A DNA stretch of 64,000 bases. Source: an uncultured Opitutales bacterium (lineage in GTDB: Bacteria > Verrucomicrobiota > Verrucomicrobiia > Opitutales > Seribacteraceae). Positions 28,950 through 38,372 of this stretch are shown piece after piece. The notes under the pieces were generated by a model. It saw only the letters and a program-made list of their open reading frames with translations. It was not told the origin of the DNA and ran no database searches. The stretch is taken from NCBI GenBank assembly GCA_943789375.1, contig CALSTX010000007.1:17696-81695 (forward strand), in the 5' to 3' direction. A program made the position numbers and the translations under genes. The first letter of the stretch is position 1; the number at the start of each line of letters is the position of its first letter.

Positions 28950-31214
28950 ATGGCAGATAAAAAAGATACCAAATCCAAAAGAACATCCAGGTTCGCTGAA
29001 ATGCTTTTGCAGGTTACTAATGATCTAGCAAAAACTAAATCCCTTGATGAAGCTCTTGAAGTGTTAGTTAAAATAACCACTTCAACCATCGGTGCAGAAA
29101 GAGGAACAATTTTTCTCAATGATGCCTCCACCGGTGAGCTATACTCTCGAATTGCCCAAGGAAATTTCAGGCGTGAAATAAGAATCCTAAACACAAAAGG
29201 CGTGGCAGGATGGGTCTTTACCCAAGATGAGGGTGTCATCATTCATGACGCCTACAAAGATGAAAGGTTTAATAAAGCTGTTGATGTGAGAACAGGGTTT
29301 CGAACCAAAAGCATCCTTTGTGCCCCCCTAAGAACGGTGTCGGGGGAAGAAATTGGCGTATCTCAGATACTAAACAAGATAGACGGTGAGTTTGAGCAAG
29401 AGGACCTCGACTTACTTGAGGCAATGACTGAACAAGCTGCTATTGCTATTCAGGGAAATATAATCGTTGAGCAAATTGAGGCAGCAAGAAAACAAGAGTT
29501 GGAATTCCTGGATGTCGTATCTCAAGTTTCGTCCGAGCTAGAACTTACTCCCCTCTTGCAGAAAATCATCACCACAATCTCTACAATGTTAGATTGTGAA
29601 AGAGCTACTCTTTTTATCAATGATGAAAAAACAAATGAATTATATACAGAAGTAGGCGAAGGACTTGATGAAAAATCTGTAATCAAATTCCCCAACCACC
29701 TTGGCATAGCAGGAACCGTTTTTACTTCTGGAAAACCCGTAAATATTCCTCATGCTTATGCGGATCTCAGGTTCAATCCTAGTTTTGATAAACAAACTGG
29801 GTTTTTCACCAGATCAATTTTGTGCATGCCGGTATTTAATAAGGAAGGCAAAACCATTGGAGTTAGCCAAGTTCTTAATAAAAGAGGTGGTTCCTTTAAC
29901 GCAGAAGATGAAAAAAGGTTAGCAGCTTTTACATCTCAAATTTCAATGGGTATCGAGAATGCAAAATTATTCGACGATGTTCAAAACCAAAAAAATTATT
30001 CTGAGAGTATTTTATCTAGTATGCATGATGCTGTTCTCACTCTAGATGAAACCGGAATTATCAGAACCTGTAATACGGCTGGTCTTCGTATTCTAAAATC
30101 TCCCATATTGAGCGATATTTTGGGAAAAAAAGCTTCGGATGTGTTAACTGAATCAAATTCATGGTTACTTCAAAAACTGGATTCTATGGAGGAACAGGAA
30201 GACTTTTTAGATGCTGAAATTAAAATTGAAGATGAAACACTTTCGGTGAATGTGTCAGTGATGCCACTCGTAGGTCAAAAGAAAGAAAGCCTCGGTGTGA
30301 TGCTTATGATTGAAGATATTAGTTCGGAAAAAAGAATGAAATCTACGATGTCTAGATATATGGACCCAGAATTGGCGGATCAGCTAATGATGGGTGGAGA
30401 TGGGAATGACATCATGGGGGGCAAGCAAAGTGTAGGAACCGTCCTATTTTCCGATGTTAGAAGTTTCACCACCATTACAGAAGAACTTGGTGCTCAAGGA
30501 ACAGTCAAGCTATTGAACGAATACTTTACAATTATGGTGGATTGTATAACGGATGAAGGGGGCATGCTTGATAAATTTATTGGCGATGCGATGATGTGTA
30601 TTTTTGGAACACCCGTTCCTCATGATGACGATCCTGACCGTGCTGTAAGAGCTGCTATCAGAATGATGACAGACTTAATTGTTTTTAATGACAAACGAGC
30701 AACCGAAGGAAAAATGCCCATTGATCACGGTATGGGTATAAACACCGACTCTATCGTTTCTGGAAATATCGGTTCGCCAAAAAGAATGGACTACACTGTC
30801 ATTGGAGATGGGGTTAACTTAGCAGCTCGTATTGAAAGTGCATGTAAACAATACGGAGCTCATATCCTGATAAGTGAGTTTACGCAAAAAGCTGTAAAAG
30901 CCACCTACAGAACCCGCCAAGTCGATTATATGATCGTGAAGGGAAAAACTGTTCCCGTTGGTGTCTACGAGGTCTTGGACTTTCATGACGATAAATCTTA
31001 CCCTAACCTAGCGGACGCCCTTGGGGTATTCAACGAAGGCTACAGATCCTGGACAGATGGCAAATGGGATCAAGCCATAAAATTATTCAAAAATGTTCAG
31101 AAAATAAACCCTGCGGATAAAGCCGCTCAACTTTATTTGGATCGTTGTGCTCACATGAAGAAGAATCCACCAAAAGGCGATTGGTCTGGTGTTTGGGTGA
31201 TGACAACTAAGTAA
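28950..31214 (+). CDS. GAF-GAF-PAS-class III adenylate cyclase-TPR protein (CyaB-like architecture)
   Basis: Two GAF domains with NK...F...D(E) motifs (LNKIDGEFEQED, LNKRGGSFNAEDE); PAS; catalytic FSDVRSFT, DKFIGDA, MDYTVIGDGVNLAARIES; C-terminal TPR-like helices. Confidence 0.92.
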   Translation: MADKKDTKSKRTSRFAEMLLQVTNDLAKTKSLDEALEVLVKITTSTIGAERGTIFLNDASTGELYSRIAQGNFRREIRILNTKGVAGWVFTQDEGVIIHDAYKDERFNKAVDVRTGFRTKSILCAPLRTVSGEEIGVSQILNKIDGEFEQEDLDLLEAMTEQAAIAIQGNIIVEQIEAARKQELEFLDVVSQVSSELELTPLLQKIITTISTMLDCERATLFINDEKTNELYTEVGEGLDEKSVIKFPNHLGIAGTVFTSGKPVNIPHAYADLRFNPSFDKQTGFFTRSILCMPVFNKEGKTIGVSQVLNKRGGSFNAEDEKRLAAFTSQISMGIENAKLFDDVQNQKNYSESILSSMHDAVLTLDETGIIRTCNTAGLRILKSPILSDILGKKASDVLTESNSWLLQKLDSMEEQEDFLDAEIKIEDETLSVNVSVMPLVGQKKESLGVMLMIEDISSEKRMKSTMSRYMDPELADQLMMGGDGNDIMGGKQSVGTVLFSDVRSFTTITEELGAQGTVKLLNEYFTIMVDCITDEGGMLDKFIGDAMMCIFGTPVPHDDDPDRAVRAAIRMMTDLIVFNDKRATEGKMPIDHGMGINTDSIVSGNIGSPKRMDYTVIGDGVNLAARIESACKQYGAHILISEFTQKAVKATYRTRQVDYMIVKGKTVPVGVYEVLDFHDDKSYPNLADALGVFNEGYRSWTDGKWDQAIKLFKNVQKINPADKAAQLYLDRCAHMKKNPPKGDWSGVWVMTTK

Positions 31215-31225
31215 AACTAGCTGAA

Positions 31226-32743
31226 ATGAACCCAAGAACACATTTGGAGAGAGCGATTGATTTAGATCCCGATTATTCGGAAGCATACTTTGAACTTGGA
31301 CTTTTAAATAAACATGAAGGTAATGAACATGATGCACTCTCCTTATTTCAAAAGGCTGTTTCGCTGAATAAAAATTTTGCCGAGGCAGAATGTGAATTAG
31401 CCATTTCATTAATGAACTCAAATGATTTAGAAGAATCAAGAAATCATTTCCTCAATTCATTAGAGATAAACCCAAATTACGCGGATGCTTACTTTCATTA
31501 CGGGCAATTATTGACAAAGCTTAAAGATATAGAAGAAGCAAAAAATAACTTTGATAAAGTAACCGAAATTAATCAAAACTATGCTAAAGCATACTTTCAT
31601 AAAGCTAGATTACTTACTCATGCAGATGATTTTGAGTCTGCTAGGAAGAATTATGAAACGGCAATCGACATAGACGAAGAATTCACAGATGCTCATTATT
31701 ACATGGCAAAACTTCTGACTGGAGGAATCGCCACAGACAAAGAAGGTTCGATTATTGACCGAACAAATATACCGGCCGCTAAACATCACTTAAAGAAAGT
31801 CTTAAAATATAAGCCTGACAACTTTAAGGCCCTATACAACATTGCTAAAATTGATTACAAACAAGGAGAATTAAACTTAGCAAAAAAAAATCTTAATAAA
31901 GCAATAAAACTGAGTCCACAATATTGGAAAGCACAGTATTTGCTGGGAATGATTTATCTAAAAATTGGAGATATTAAAAACGCTGAAAAATACTTTCAGG
32001 CATCCATTATTAACAACGAAATTAACCCAAAATCCTACTTCCAAATTGGGAAAATATATTACTATCAGAATTCTTACAAAACTGCTGAAGGAAATCTTGC
32101 GAAATCAGTTGCCCATAAGGATGAAAATGCTGAAGCACACTATTATCTTGCTAAGATAAACAGCGAAAATGGTGATTCTACTTTGGCTAAGAAACATTTT
32201 TACAAGTCTCTTGAAATTGATCCTGAGTATGCAAATGCATACTATGAATTAGCACACCATTGTCTAAAAGTTAACGAAATTAATGAAGCAAAAATTCATT
32301 TTCAAAAAACGACCGATATTGATCAAAACTTTTCGAAAGCATATTATCATTTAGCAAAATCACTAAGAAACCCTTCAGAATTTGATCAAGCATTTCGCAA
32401 CTATGAAACTGCACTTGAAATTGATCCTGGCATGGAAGAATGTCACTACAATTTTGCTTGTTTATTAATTGAAGGTGAAAAATTAAAAAATGATGGAACT
32501 CTGGTTAAAGAACCAAATTTAACTCTAGCGGAAAAACATTTGAAGTTAGCCATCGAAGTAAACCCGAAATTTTTTAAAGCTTACTATAAAATTGGCAAAA
32601 TACAGAATACCCAAAAGAAATATTCTCAGGCACTAGAGCACTTTCAGAAAAGCATCCAGATTGAAAATGAGTTTGCAAAAGCTCATTACGAAATCGCACT
32701 ACTGCTTATCAAAAAAAAAGGTCAACTACTCACACAAAAATAA
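31226..32743 (+). CDS. Tetratricopeptide-repeat protein
   Basis: 13 complete TPR units in 34-aa register (two extended to 46 aa) plus partial units at both ends. Confidence 0.92.
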   Translation: MNPRTHLERAIDLDPDYSEAYFELGLLNKHEGNEHDALSLFQKAVSLNKNFAEAECELAISLMNSNDLEESRNHFLNSLEINPNYADAYFHYGQLLTKLKDIEEAKNNFDKVTEINQNYAKAYFHKARLLTHADDFESARKNYETAIDIDEEFTDAHYYMAKLLTGGIATDKEGSIIDRTNIPAAKHHLKKVLKYKPDNFKALYNIAKIDYKQGELNLAKKNLNKAIKLSPQYWKAQYLLGMIYLKIGDIKNAEKYFQASIINNEINPKSYFQIGKIYYYQNSYKTAEGNLAKSVAHKDENAEAHYYLAKINSENGDSTLAKKHFYKSLEIDPEYANAYYELAHHCLKVNEINEAKIHFQKTTDIDQNFSKAYYHLAKSLRNPSEFDQAFRNYETALEIDPGMEECHYNFACLLIEGEKLKNDGTLVKEPNLTLAEKHLKLAIEVNPKFFKAYYKIGKIQNTQKKYSQALEHFQKSIQIENEFAKAHYEIALLLIKKKGQLLTQK

Positions 32744-32767
32744 AATCCTATAAATGCTCAGGCAAAA

Positions 32768-34042
32768 GTGTGTGATCAAGAAATTACTTATCATTTAGAA
32801 AGTGCGTTATCTTACGATCCACATAACCAAGAGATATTAAAACTATCATGCTTGTTCTATTTAGATAACGAAGATTTCAAAAAAGTAAGAAGTATTCTCC
32901 AGTGCTTTGAATCAGAAAGTGAAAGTGAATATGTTCTCTTTATAAAATCACTTCTTGCATTTAAGAAGAAAGAATACCAGGAAGCATCTCAGTGCATAGC
33001 GAAATGCATAAGGTTAAATCCATCCATAGAATACCTAACTAAAGGACAAGAAATTGAAAGCTATAATGGAGATACAGAAAATCTATCAACCTACCTCAAC
33101 CTGCTCGTAGAAAAGGACTCACAAAATGGTTGGCATTACTATGCACTCGCAAAGTTTCTCGATATAGAGTCAGAGTTCCAACGAATATTTTACTTAATTG
33201 AAACTAGTATTTCTCTCCTACACAAAGAGGAAAAGCCTCTCATCCTTAAGTACAATATCTTAATTGATTATAGTGATTTACTGAAGGAGACACCCTACTA
33301 TAAAACTGACATCCAAATATTTGATGATTTTGGCAAGTTGCTCGAAAAATATCCTCTTAATAACGATTTAAGTTTTTTCATTGCTAAAATTAACTATCAA
33401 AAGAAGAGATATGATGAAGCGATCGACATCCTAGAAAACAATGTTGAACCGATTAAGTCATTCAACTTACTCGGAGATTGTTATTTCAAAAAAAAGAATT
33501 TCAAAAAAGCATTAGAATATTTTAGTAAAACTAATCCTTCAGGAAATAATGCTTTTTTTCTGAGTAAAAAGAAAGGAATGTGTTCATTAAAACTTAATAA
33601 ACACTCTCATGCAAAAAAACACTTCCTAGAATGCTATGAACTATTTTATGATCTGCAAAGGAAGTATGATAATGATTATAAACGTTGTGTTTCAAAGAAT
33701 CAATTTGGCGAAGCAAAGAAATTTATTATTAAAAAAAATAAGGCAAAGTTATATATGTCGAATATATGCTTGGCTCTTCACAAATTCAAAACCTTACCAA
33801 TTCAAAAAGACTTTCTTCAACTGGCTTTAAATATAAATAATCAAAACAGCCACGCCCTTCTTGAAATGGGTTTGTTACACAAAGAGAATTGCACACAAGA
33901 GGCACTGGTTTATTTCCTAAAATCCGCACAATACGATTGGGATAATATGGAAGCACATAAACAACTCTCAGTTGCGTATAAAGAACTCGGCCAACTTCAA
34001 AACCATTTACTTCATAAAAAAATAATAGAGCAAGACAGTTGA
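32768..34042 (+). CDS. TPR-like helical repeat protein; in frame with the upstream TPR gene
   Basis: Degenerate TPR units (AKINYQKKRYDEAIDILE, LLGDCYFKKKNFKKALEYFSK, ALLEMGLL...ALVYFLKS); GTG start; separated from the previous ORF by a single TAA in the same frame. Confidence 0.75.
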   Translation: MCDQEITYHLESALSYDPHNQEILKLSCLFYLDNEDFKKVRSILQCFESESESEYVLFIKSLLAFKKKEYQEASQCIAKCIRLNPSIEYLTKGQEIESYNGDTENLSTYLNLLVEKDSQNGWHYYALAKFLDIESEFQRIFYLIETSISLLHKEEKPLILKYNILIDYSDLLKETPYYKTDIQIFDDFGKLLEKYPLNNDLSFFIAKINYQKKRYDEAIDILENNVEPIKSFNLLGDCYFKKKNFKKALEYFSKTNPSGNNAFFLSKKKGMCSLKLNKHSHAKKHFLECYELFYDLQRKYDNDYKRCVSKNQFGEAKKFIIKKNKAKLYMSNICLALHKFKTLPIQKDFLQLALNINNQNSHALLEMGLLHKENCTQEALVYFLKSAQYDWDNMEAHKQLSVAYKELGQLQNHLLHKKIIEQDS

Positions 34043-34067
34043 TAATCTCTTTTATCTAAATGAAAGC

Positions 34068-34916
34068 TTAATTTTCTGATTTTTTTAAGTCTCTTTTGTA
34101 AGTTACAAAAGAAACTGGAATGCTACACAAATAAAAGATTCCGACAGCAAATAAAGATAACCACATTTCTTTAATGAAAATCGCCACAAACAAACAAACC
34201 ACAAGTAAGACAACCAATGCTTTTCTTGACGAAACACTCAAGCGAATATTCCTAAAGGAAAATGTTGGTATTTGGGAAATTAGGAGAACTGATATAAAAC
34301 TGACCCAAAATAACAACAATGAAGAATTGTCAAGTATCTCAAAGTCTAATTTAAAACGGTCGCAAATAAAACTAAAACCTAAAGGTAGTAGAACCAAACC
34401 GGCACCAGCGGGCGATGGCACGCCTGTGAAGTAACCTTTTTTAGACAAATTGTTTGAATTTTCCTGAACCATGACATTAAAACGTGCTAATCGAAAAGCA
34501 CAGCACATCGTGTAAAACAAAAAGGGTATCCAGTACCACCCAAGAATTTCACTGTTTTTGTCTATCATTAGAGAACTTTTTATCCACAAAAAAGAGATGA
34601 TAGAGGGTGCCACACCAAAACTGATAGCATCGGCAAGACTATCAAGTTCAGCACCAAATCTTGAAAATGCTCTAAGAAGTCTTGCAGATAGACCATCAAT
34701 CATGTCAAAGCAAGCTGCCACAAGGATGCAAATGACTGCATTTTCCCAGTCAGAATCTAAAGCAAACCTAATACCAGTCAAACCTGTGCAGAGACCGATT
34801 GTTGTAAAAATATTCGGTAAAAGTTTTGTAAAAGAAAGACTTTTTGCTTTCGTACTAATGATATTAGTAAAACTAGATCTGCGATAGGTTGCAAGTCCGC
34901 AAATGCCTACGAGCAA
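34068..34916 (-). CDS. pssA: CDP-diacylglycerol--serine O-phosphatidyltransferase (CDP-alcohol phosphatidyltransferase family)
   Basis: LPNIFT, DMIDGLSAR...GAELDSLADAISFGVAP, RLARFN, YFTGVPSPAGA; start position uncertain. Confidence 0.85.
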   Translation of the reverse strand: MLVGICGLATYRRSSFTNIISTKAKSLSFTKLLPNIFTTIGLCTGLTGIRFALDSDWENAVICILVAACFDMIDGLSARLLRAFSRFGAELDSLADAISFGVAPSIISFLWIKSSLMIDKNSEILGWYWIPFLFYTMCCAFRLARFNVMVQENSNNLSKKGYFTGVPSPAGAGLVLLPLGFSFICDRFKLDFEILDNSSLLLFWVSFISVLLISQIPTFSFRNIRLSVSSRKALVVLLVVCLFVAIFIKEMWLSLFAVGIFYLCSIPVSFVTYKRDLKKSEN

Positions 34917-35388
34917 CTCTGTGTTCTATTCCGTAAGTTCGATTTATTACCCTTTGCCATAATTCAGCCCAATGTTTTTCATGTGGGTCAGAAATACCTG
35001 CAGCGACACAATCAATAGAGTTAGTATAAAATATAAAGAAGTGGGATGAGGCAGGAGAGTCATGCAAATCATTTGGTAAATTTTCACTCCTCAGTCTTTG
35101 GAATTCAGTAAGAAGGTACTCATCTTTGGATATGTATCCTGATGATATTTCAACTTTTGGATTGATTGATAAATTGGGATCCATGATTTTCTGCCTCAGT
35201 GGGGAAAGAACTCGGGATACTTTTAACATTACTCTATTCCTGTAATCAACAAGGTCTATAGTGGTTTCAAGACCCGAAACAGGGAAACGGCAGAGACGAA
35301 ATAAAAATTTGCCTGATTTTGGTGTCGGCAATTCTAAGTTAGCAATTATGCTAGCATTATATCTTTCGAGTTTTTTGGGGAAAATCAT
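34873..35388 (-). CDS. Hypothetical protein
   Basis: 171-aa ORF upstream of pssA on the same strand; no recognisable motif. Confidence 0.55.
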   Translation of the reverse strand: MIFPKKLERYNASIIANLELPTPKSGKFLFRLCRFPVSGLETTIDLVDYRNRVMLKVSRVLSPLRQKIMDPNLSINPKVEISSGYISKDEYLLTEFQRLRSENLPNDLHDSPASSHFFIFYTNSIDCVAAGISDPHEKHWAELWQRVINRTYGIEHRVARRHLRTCNLSQI

Positions 35389-35872
35389 GACTGTAAAGCG
35401 AAAAAATATAAAGCATGAACGATGCCAAGCATTAACTATTTGGCATCGAGCATATAGCTTCTCTGTGATCTCATTTTTTTTACTTCTACTCGGTTGCCGT
35501 AAGCAATGGGACCCTGATCAACAATTTTCGAATGAGGTTAGTGAAATTATACAAAAAAGAGAAGCATCCGTTTTTTTAAATGAGAGCCTAGCAAAAGATA
35601 GGTTACGATCTTTGGATAGAAAACTTAATGCTTCCCTACATCCAGGACTAGAAGTTTCAAAGTTTAATGATCTGTTGGGTTCACTTGGTCATATAATAGC
35701 CAGGAAAATTGAAAATAGTAGTGAATGGGTAACTGTAAGGTATGATTGGGATGATATTGTGGCACATCACTTTACTGTGGACTCTCCTGAATACAGATAT
35801 TGCTCGAAAACAAAGCCTTATGTCGAAGTTACCTTAAATGAAGTAAGGATCGTATCTATTAATTGGCTTTAG
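35387..35872 (+). CDS. Hypothetical protein, possible lipoprotein
   Basis: Hydrophobic stretch ending LLLLGC (lipobox-like); start uncertain (ATG 35387 chosen). Confidence 0.5.
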   Translation: MTVKRKNIKHERCQALTIWHRAYSFSVISFFLLLLGCRKQWDPDQQFSNEVSEIIQKREASVFLNESLAKDRLRSLDRKLNASLHPGLEVSKFNDLLGSLGHIIARKIENSSEWVTVRYDWDDIVAHHFTVDSPEYRYCSKTKPYVEVTLNEVRIVSINWL

Positions 35873-36107
35873 TAATTATTTTTTCTCGATGAAGAGTTAC
35901 GATCAGTTTAACAACTGAACCCTCACTTGTCATGGTTGGAACTAGTTTAGCAAGTTGCCAACCTTTACCAGAATATAAATTCAGTCTATGGCTTAACAAT
36001 TTTGAAATAACATCGGAATTATCGTCACCTTTTACCCGCAAGCCCTCAGGGCCTAGTACGAAAACCTTATATTCTTTTATCACGATAAATTGATAGGAAA
36101 TTGACAC
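35859..36107 (-). CDS. Small DUF4177-like protein
   Basis: EYKV...LN..SGKGWQLA pattern; directly downstream of wzc. Confidence 0.5.
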   Translation of the reverse strand: MSISYQFIVIKEYKVFVLGPEGLRVKGDDNSDVISKLLSHRLNLYSGKGWQLAKLVPTMTSEGSVVKLIVTLHREKIITKAN

Positions 36108-36119
36108 ATAAGCAAGAAA

Positions 36120-38372
36120 CTAGCTTTTCTCATTATCGGAACCATAATATTTGTTATAATATTTGTATCGGAAATAACCGTAACCATAGTATCCTGAGTA
36201 GTAGTAACCGGGAGTTTTCTTTTGTGGCAAATCATTTAGTACAACGCCCAAAACATTTGCTCCAGTTTCTTCGATATTCTCGATTAAGTTTTTAGCAACT
36301 TTTCTAGAGACCTTTCCATATCTAGTAACGAATAATACTTCTTCTACTTTTCTTGCTATGGCAAGTGAATCAGGAAAAAGTCCAATAGGCGGACTATCTA
36401 TAATAATAACCTCAGCCAAAGTGCGTACATGGTTAATAACCATTTCAAACTCGTTACTTTCAAGCATTTCAGTTGCTGCGCGGGTTTTACCACCAGAAGG
36501 AAGCAAAAACAAATTATCATGAATCGGATGAAGGGTTTTTTGGGTCAATTCGCTAAGACGATCCATTCCGTTTTTCGCTTCATTAATCAAAGTTACTAAA
36601 CCTGTATTATTTTCAATACCACAAAATTTGTGCAGGCCGGGTCTCCTTAAATCAAAATCGATGAGAATTGTTTTTCTTCCATGATTTGCACAACTGTATG
36701 CCAAATTTGCTGAAATTAAGCTTTTGCCCTCACTTGGGATAGCAGAGGTAACCAAAATAATTTTGGGATAATCTGCATTAGAGTTCATTTGAATCCGACT
36801 GTACATACTTCGAAATGACTCTGTCAGTCCATCATCTAAATCATTTCCAACAATAAGTGGGCGCTTTCTTTCCTCAACTTGAGAAATTTGAGGGATACCT
36901 CCAATTAGATCTTTCCCAATAAAAACATCAACATCCCATGGTGACTTTACCCGATTATCAATAAACTCTAGCATAATGGGGATGACTATAAAGATGGTGA
37001 AAAATAAGATTATGCCATTTTTTCTAATCGCCGCTTTGTCAGGCGTGTATGGACTAGCGGCTAAGGAAGCAAAATTCTCTCTGTGCAATGGGTCATCTTG
37101 CTCTGATGGTAGGGATTGCTCAATTTTGACATCATTTAACCTTTTATGAATTTGATCTGTACTTCCCCTTACAATACTTAGTTCACGACTATAATCCTCC
37201 AACTTTTCTTCTATGTCCATAAGAGTGGCAGATTGTTTCTGCATCGATGCCATAGCTTTTGTAAATTCGCTTTCTTGGTGCTGAAGCTCAACAAGTTTAT
37301 CCCTAAAATCATCAATAGCAGATTGAACTTCTTTAGCTAGTGCCTTTTTAACATCTTTAACTTGGCGGGCATTATCCAACATTTTAGGGTGCCTTTCAAG
37401 GTAACCCGGATCAAGTTCTTGATAATCCCTTCTTTTTTTCTCTAGATCAAATAGGTTCTTTCGTAAGGAAGGAACATTACCGTAGGATTCAATCGCATCA
37501 ATTTCAAAAAATTGCTTAATAATTGCAATTTCAGATTCAATATCCTGAGACCTAAGTGAGTCATTTTGAACACCAATACTGACTCGGATGTTAAGAATTT
37601 GTTTCAGTAAAGTTGTAATTTTAATTTGCTCTAGTTTTGATCCTGTTATTTCATTTTGGTACTGACTCTTGCGACCAAAAATACTTTGTTTTGCATCTTC
37701 TAAATAAGGGATGTTCTTGCTCTTCTTGAAAGATGATATTGACTGTGCAATTCGCTTTTCCTCCGATTGTCTGTTTTCCAGCAATAACTCTAGTAGATTA
37801 CGAGCAGACTCTACTTTTTCGCTTTTTCTGCTTTTGTGAAGTTTTTCGTATTCAGTTTGAACAGTGTCAGCAATAATCTGCGCACCCCGAGCACTTCTGG
37901 AATTTGCAGTAATAGTAATTCTTGGGTTACCTGCACTTGGCGGAGAGATATTGACTGAAAAATTAATTGTATTAGCAACACCAATTGGGATGCCGTCTTT
38001 GAGAAAGGGAGCCAAAAGAATGGATTTATATTCTGGATTTTCCGAAATTTTTTGCACAACATTAACTCTTAATTCTTGGCTATTTATTCCATCTAAGTGT
38101 CGTGTAATCAGCGTTTGAACTTGGTTATCTCTCTCTACTTTCTGTAAATTAAGTAATGAAGGAGGTGGGATGAGTCTGAAAGTGGCACTAGAACTGTAAT
38201 ACTCTGGAACTTGAAGTTCATTATAAACATAGCCAAGTGCAATAGGTAAAGCTAAGGTAATCGCGAGCAACCACCTATCTCTGATAATAAGTAAGAAATC
38301 AGATATACCTCGTATTTTTCCTCTTGGCTTAAAACCAGGACCTTGATTGTTTCCATCGAAATTTTCGTCCAT
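36120..38372 (-). CDS. wzc: Polysaccharide co-polymerase / tyrosine autokinase (Wzc family)
   Basis: Two TM segments flanking a coiled-coil periplasmic domain, ESFRS, VTSAIPSEGKS Walker A, IDFDLRRP, IIIDSPP, C-terminal Tyr cluster PGYYYSGYYGYGYFRYKYY. Confidence 0.93.
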   Translation of the reverse strand: MDENFDGNNQGPGFKPRGKIRGISDFLLIIRDRWLLAITLALPIALGYVYNELQVPEYYSSSATFRLIPPPSLLNLQKVERDNQVQTLITRHLDGINSQELRVNVVQKISENPEYKSILLAPFLKDGIPIGVANTINFSVNISPPSAGNPRITITANSRSARGAQIIADTVQTEYEKLHKSRKSEKVESARNLLELLLENRQSEEKRIAQSISSFKKSKNIPYLEDAKQSIFGRKSQYQNEITGSKLEQIKITTLLKQILNIRVSIGVQNDSLRSQDIESEIAIIKQFFEIDAIESYGNVPSLRKNLFDLEKKRRDYQELDPGYLERHPKMLDNARQVKDVKKALAKEVQSAIDDFRDKLVELQHQESEFTKAMASMQKQSATLMDIEEKLEDYSRELSIVRGSTDQIHKRLNDVKIEQSLPSEQDDPLHRENFASLAASPYTPDKAAIRKNGIILFFTIFIVIPIMLEFIDNRVKSPWDVDVFIGKDLIGGIPQISQVEERKRPLIVGNDLDDGLTESFRSMYSRIQMNSNADYPKIILVTSAIPSEGKSLISANLAYSCANHGRKTILIDFDLRRPGLHKFCGIENNTGLVTLINEAKNGMDRLSELTQKTLHPIHDNLFLLPSGGKTRAATEMLESNEFEMVINHVRTLAEVIIIDSPPIGLFPDSLAIARKVEEVLFVTRYGKVSRKVAKNLIENIEETGANVLGVVLNDLPQKKTPGYYYSGYYGYGYFRYKYYNKYYGSDNEKS

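Noticed and set aside
34580-34588. Perfect DnaA box TTATCCACA
   Set aside because: A single copy inside pssA coding sequence, with no box cluster or AT-rich unwinding element; not evidence for oriC.
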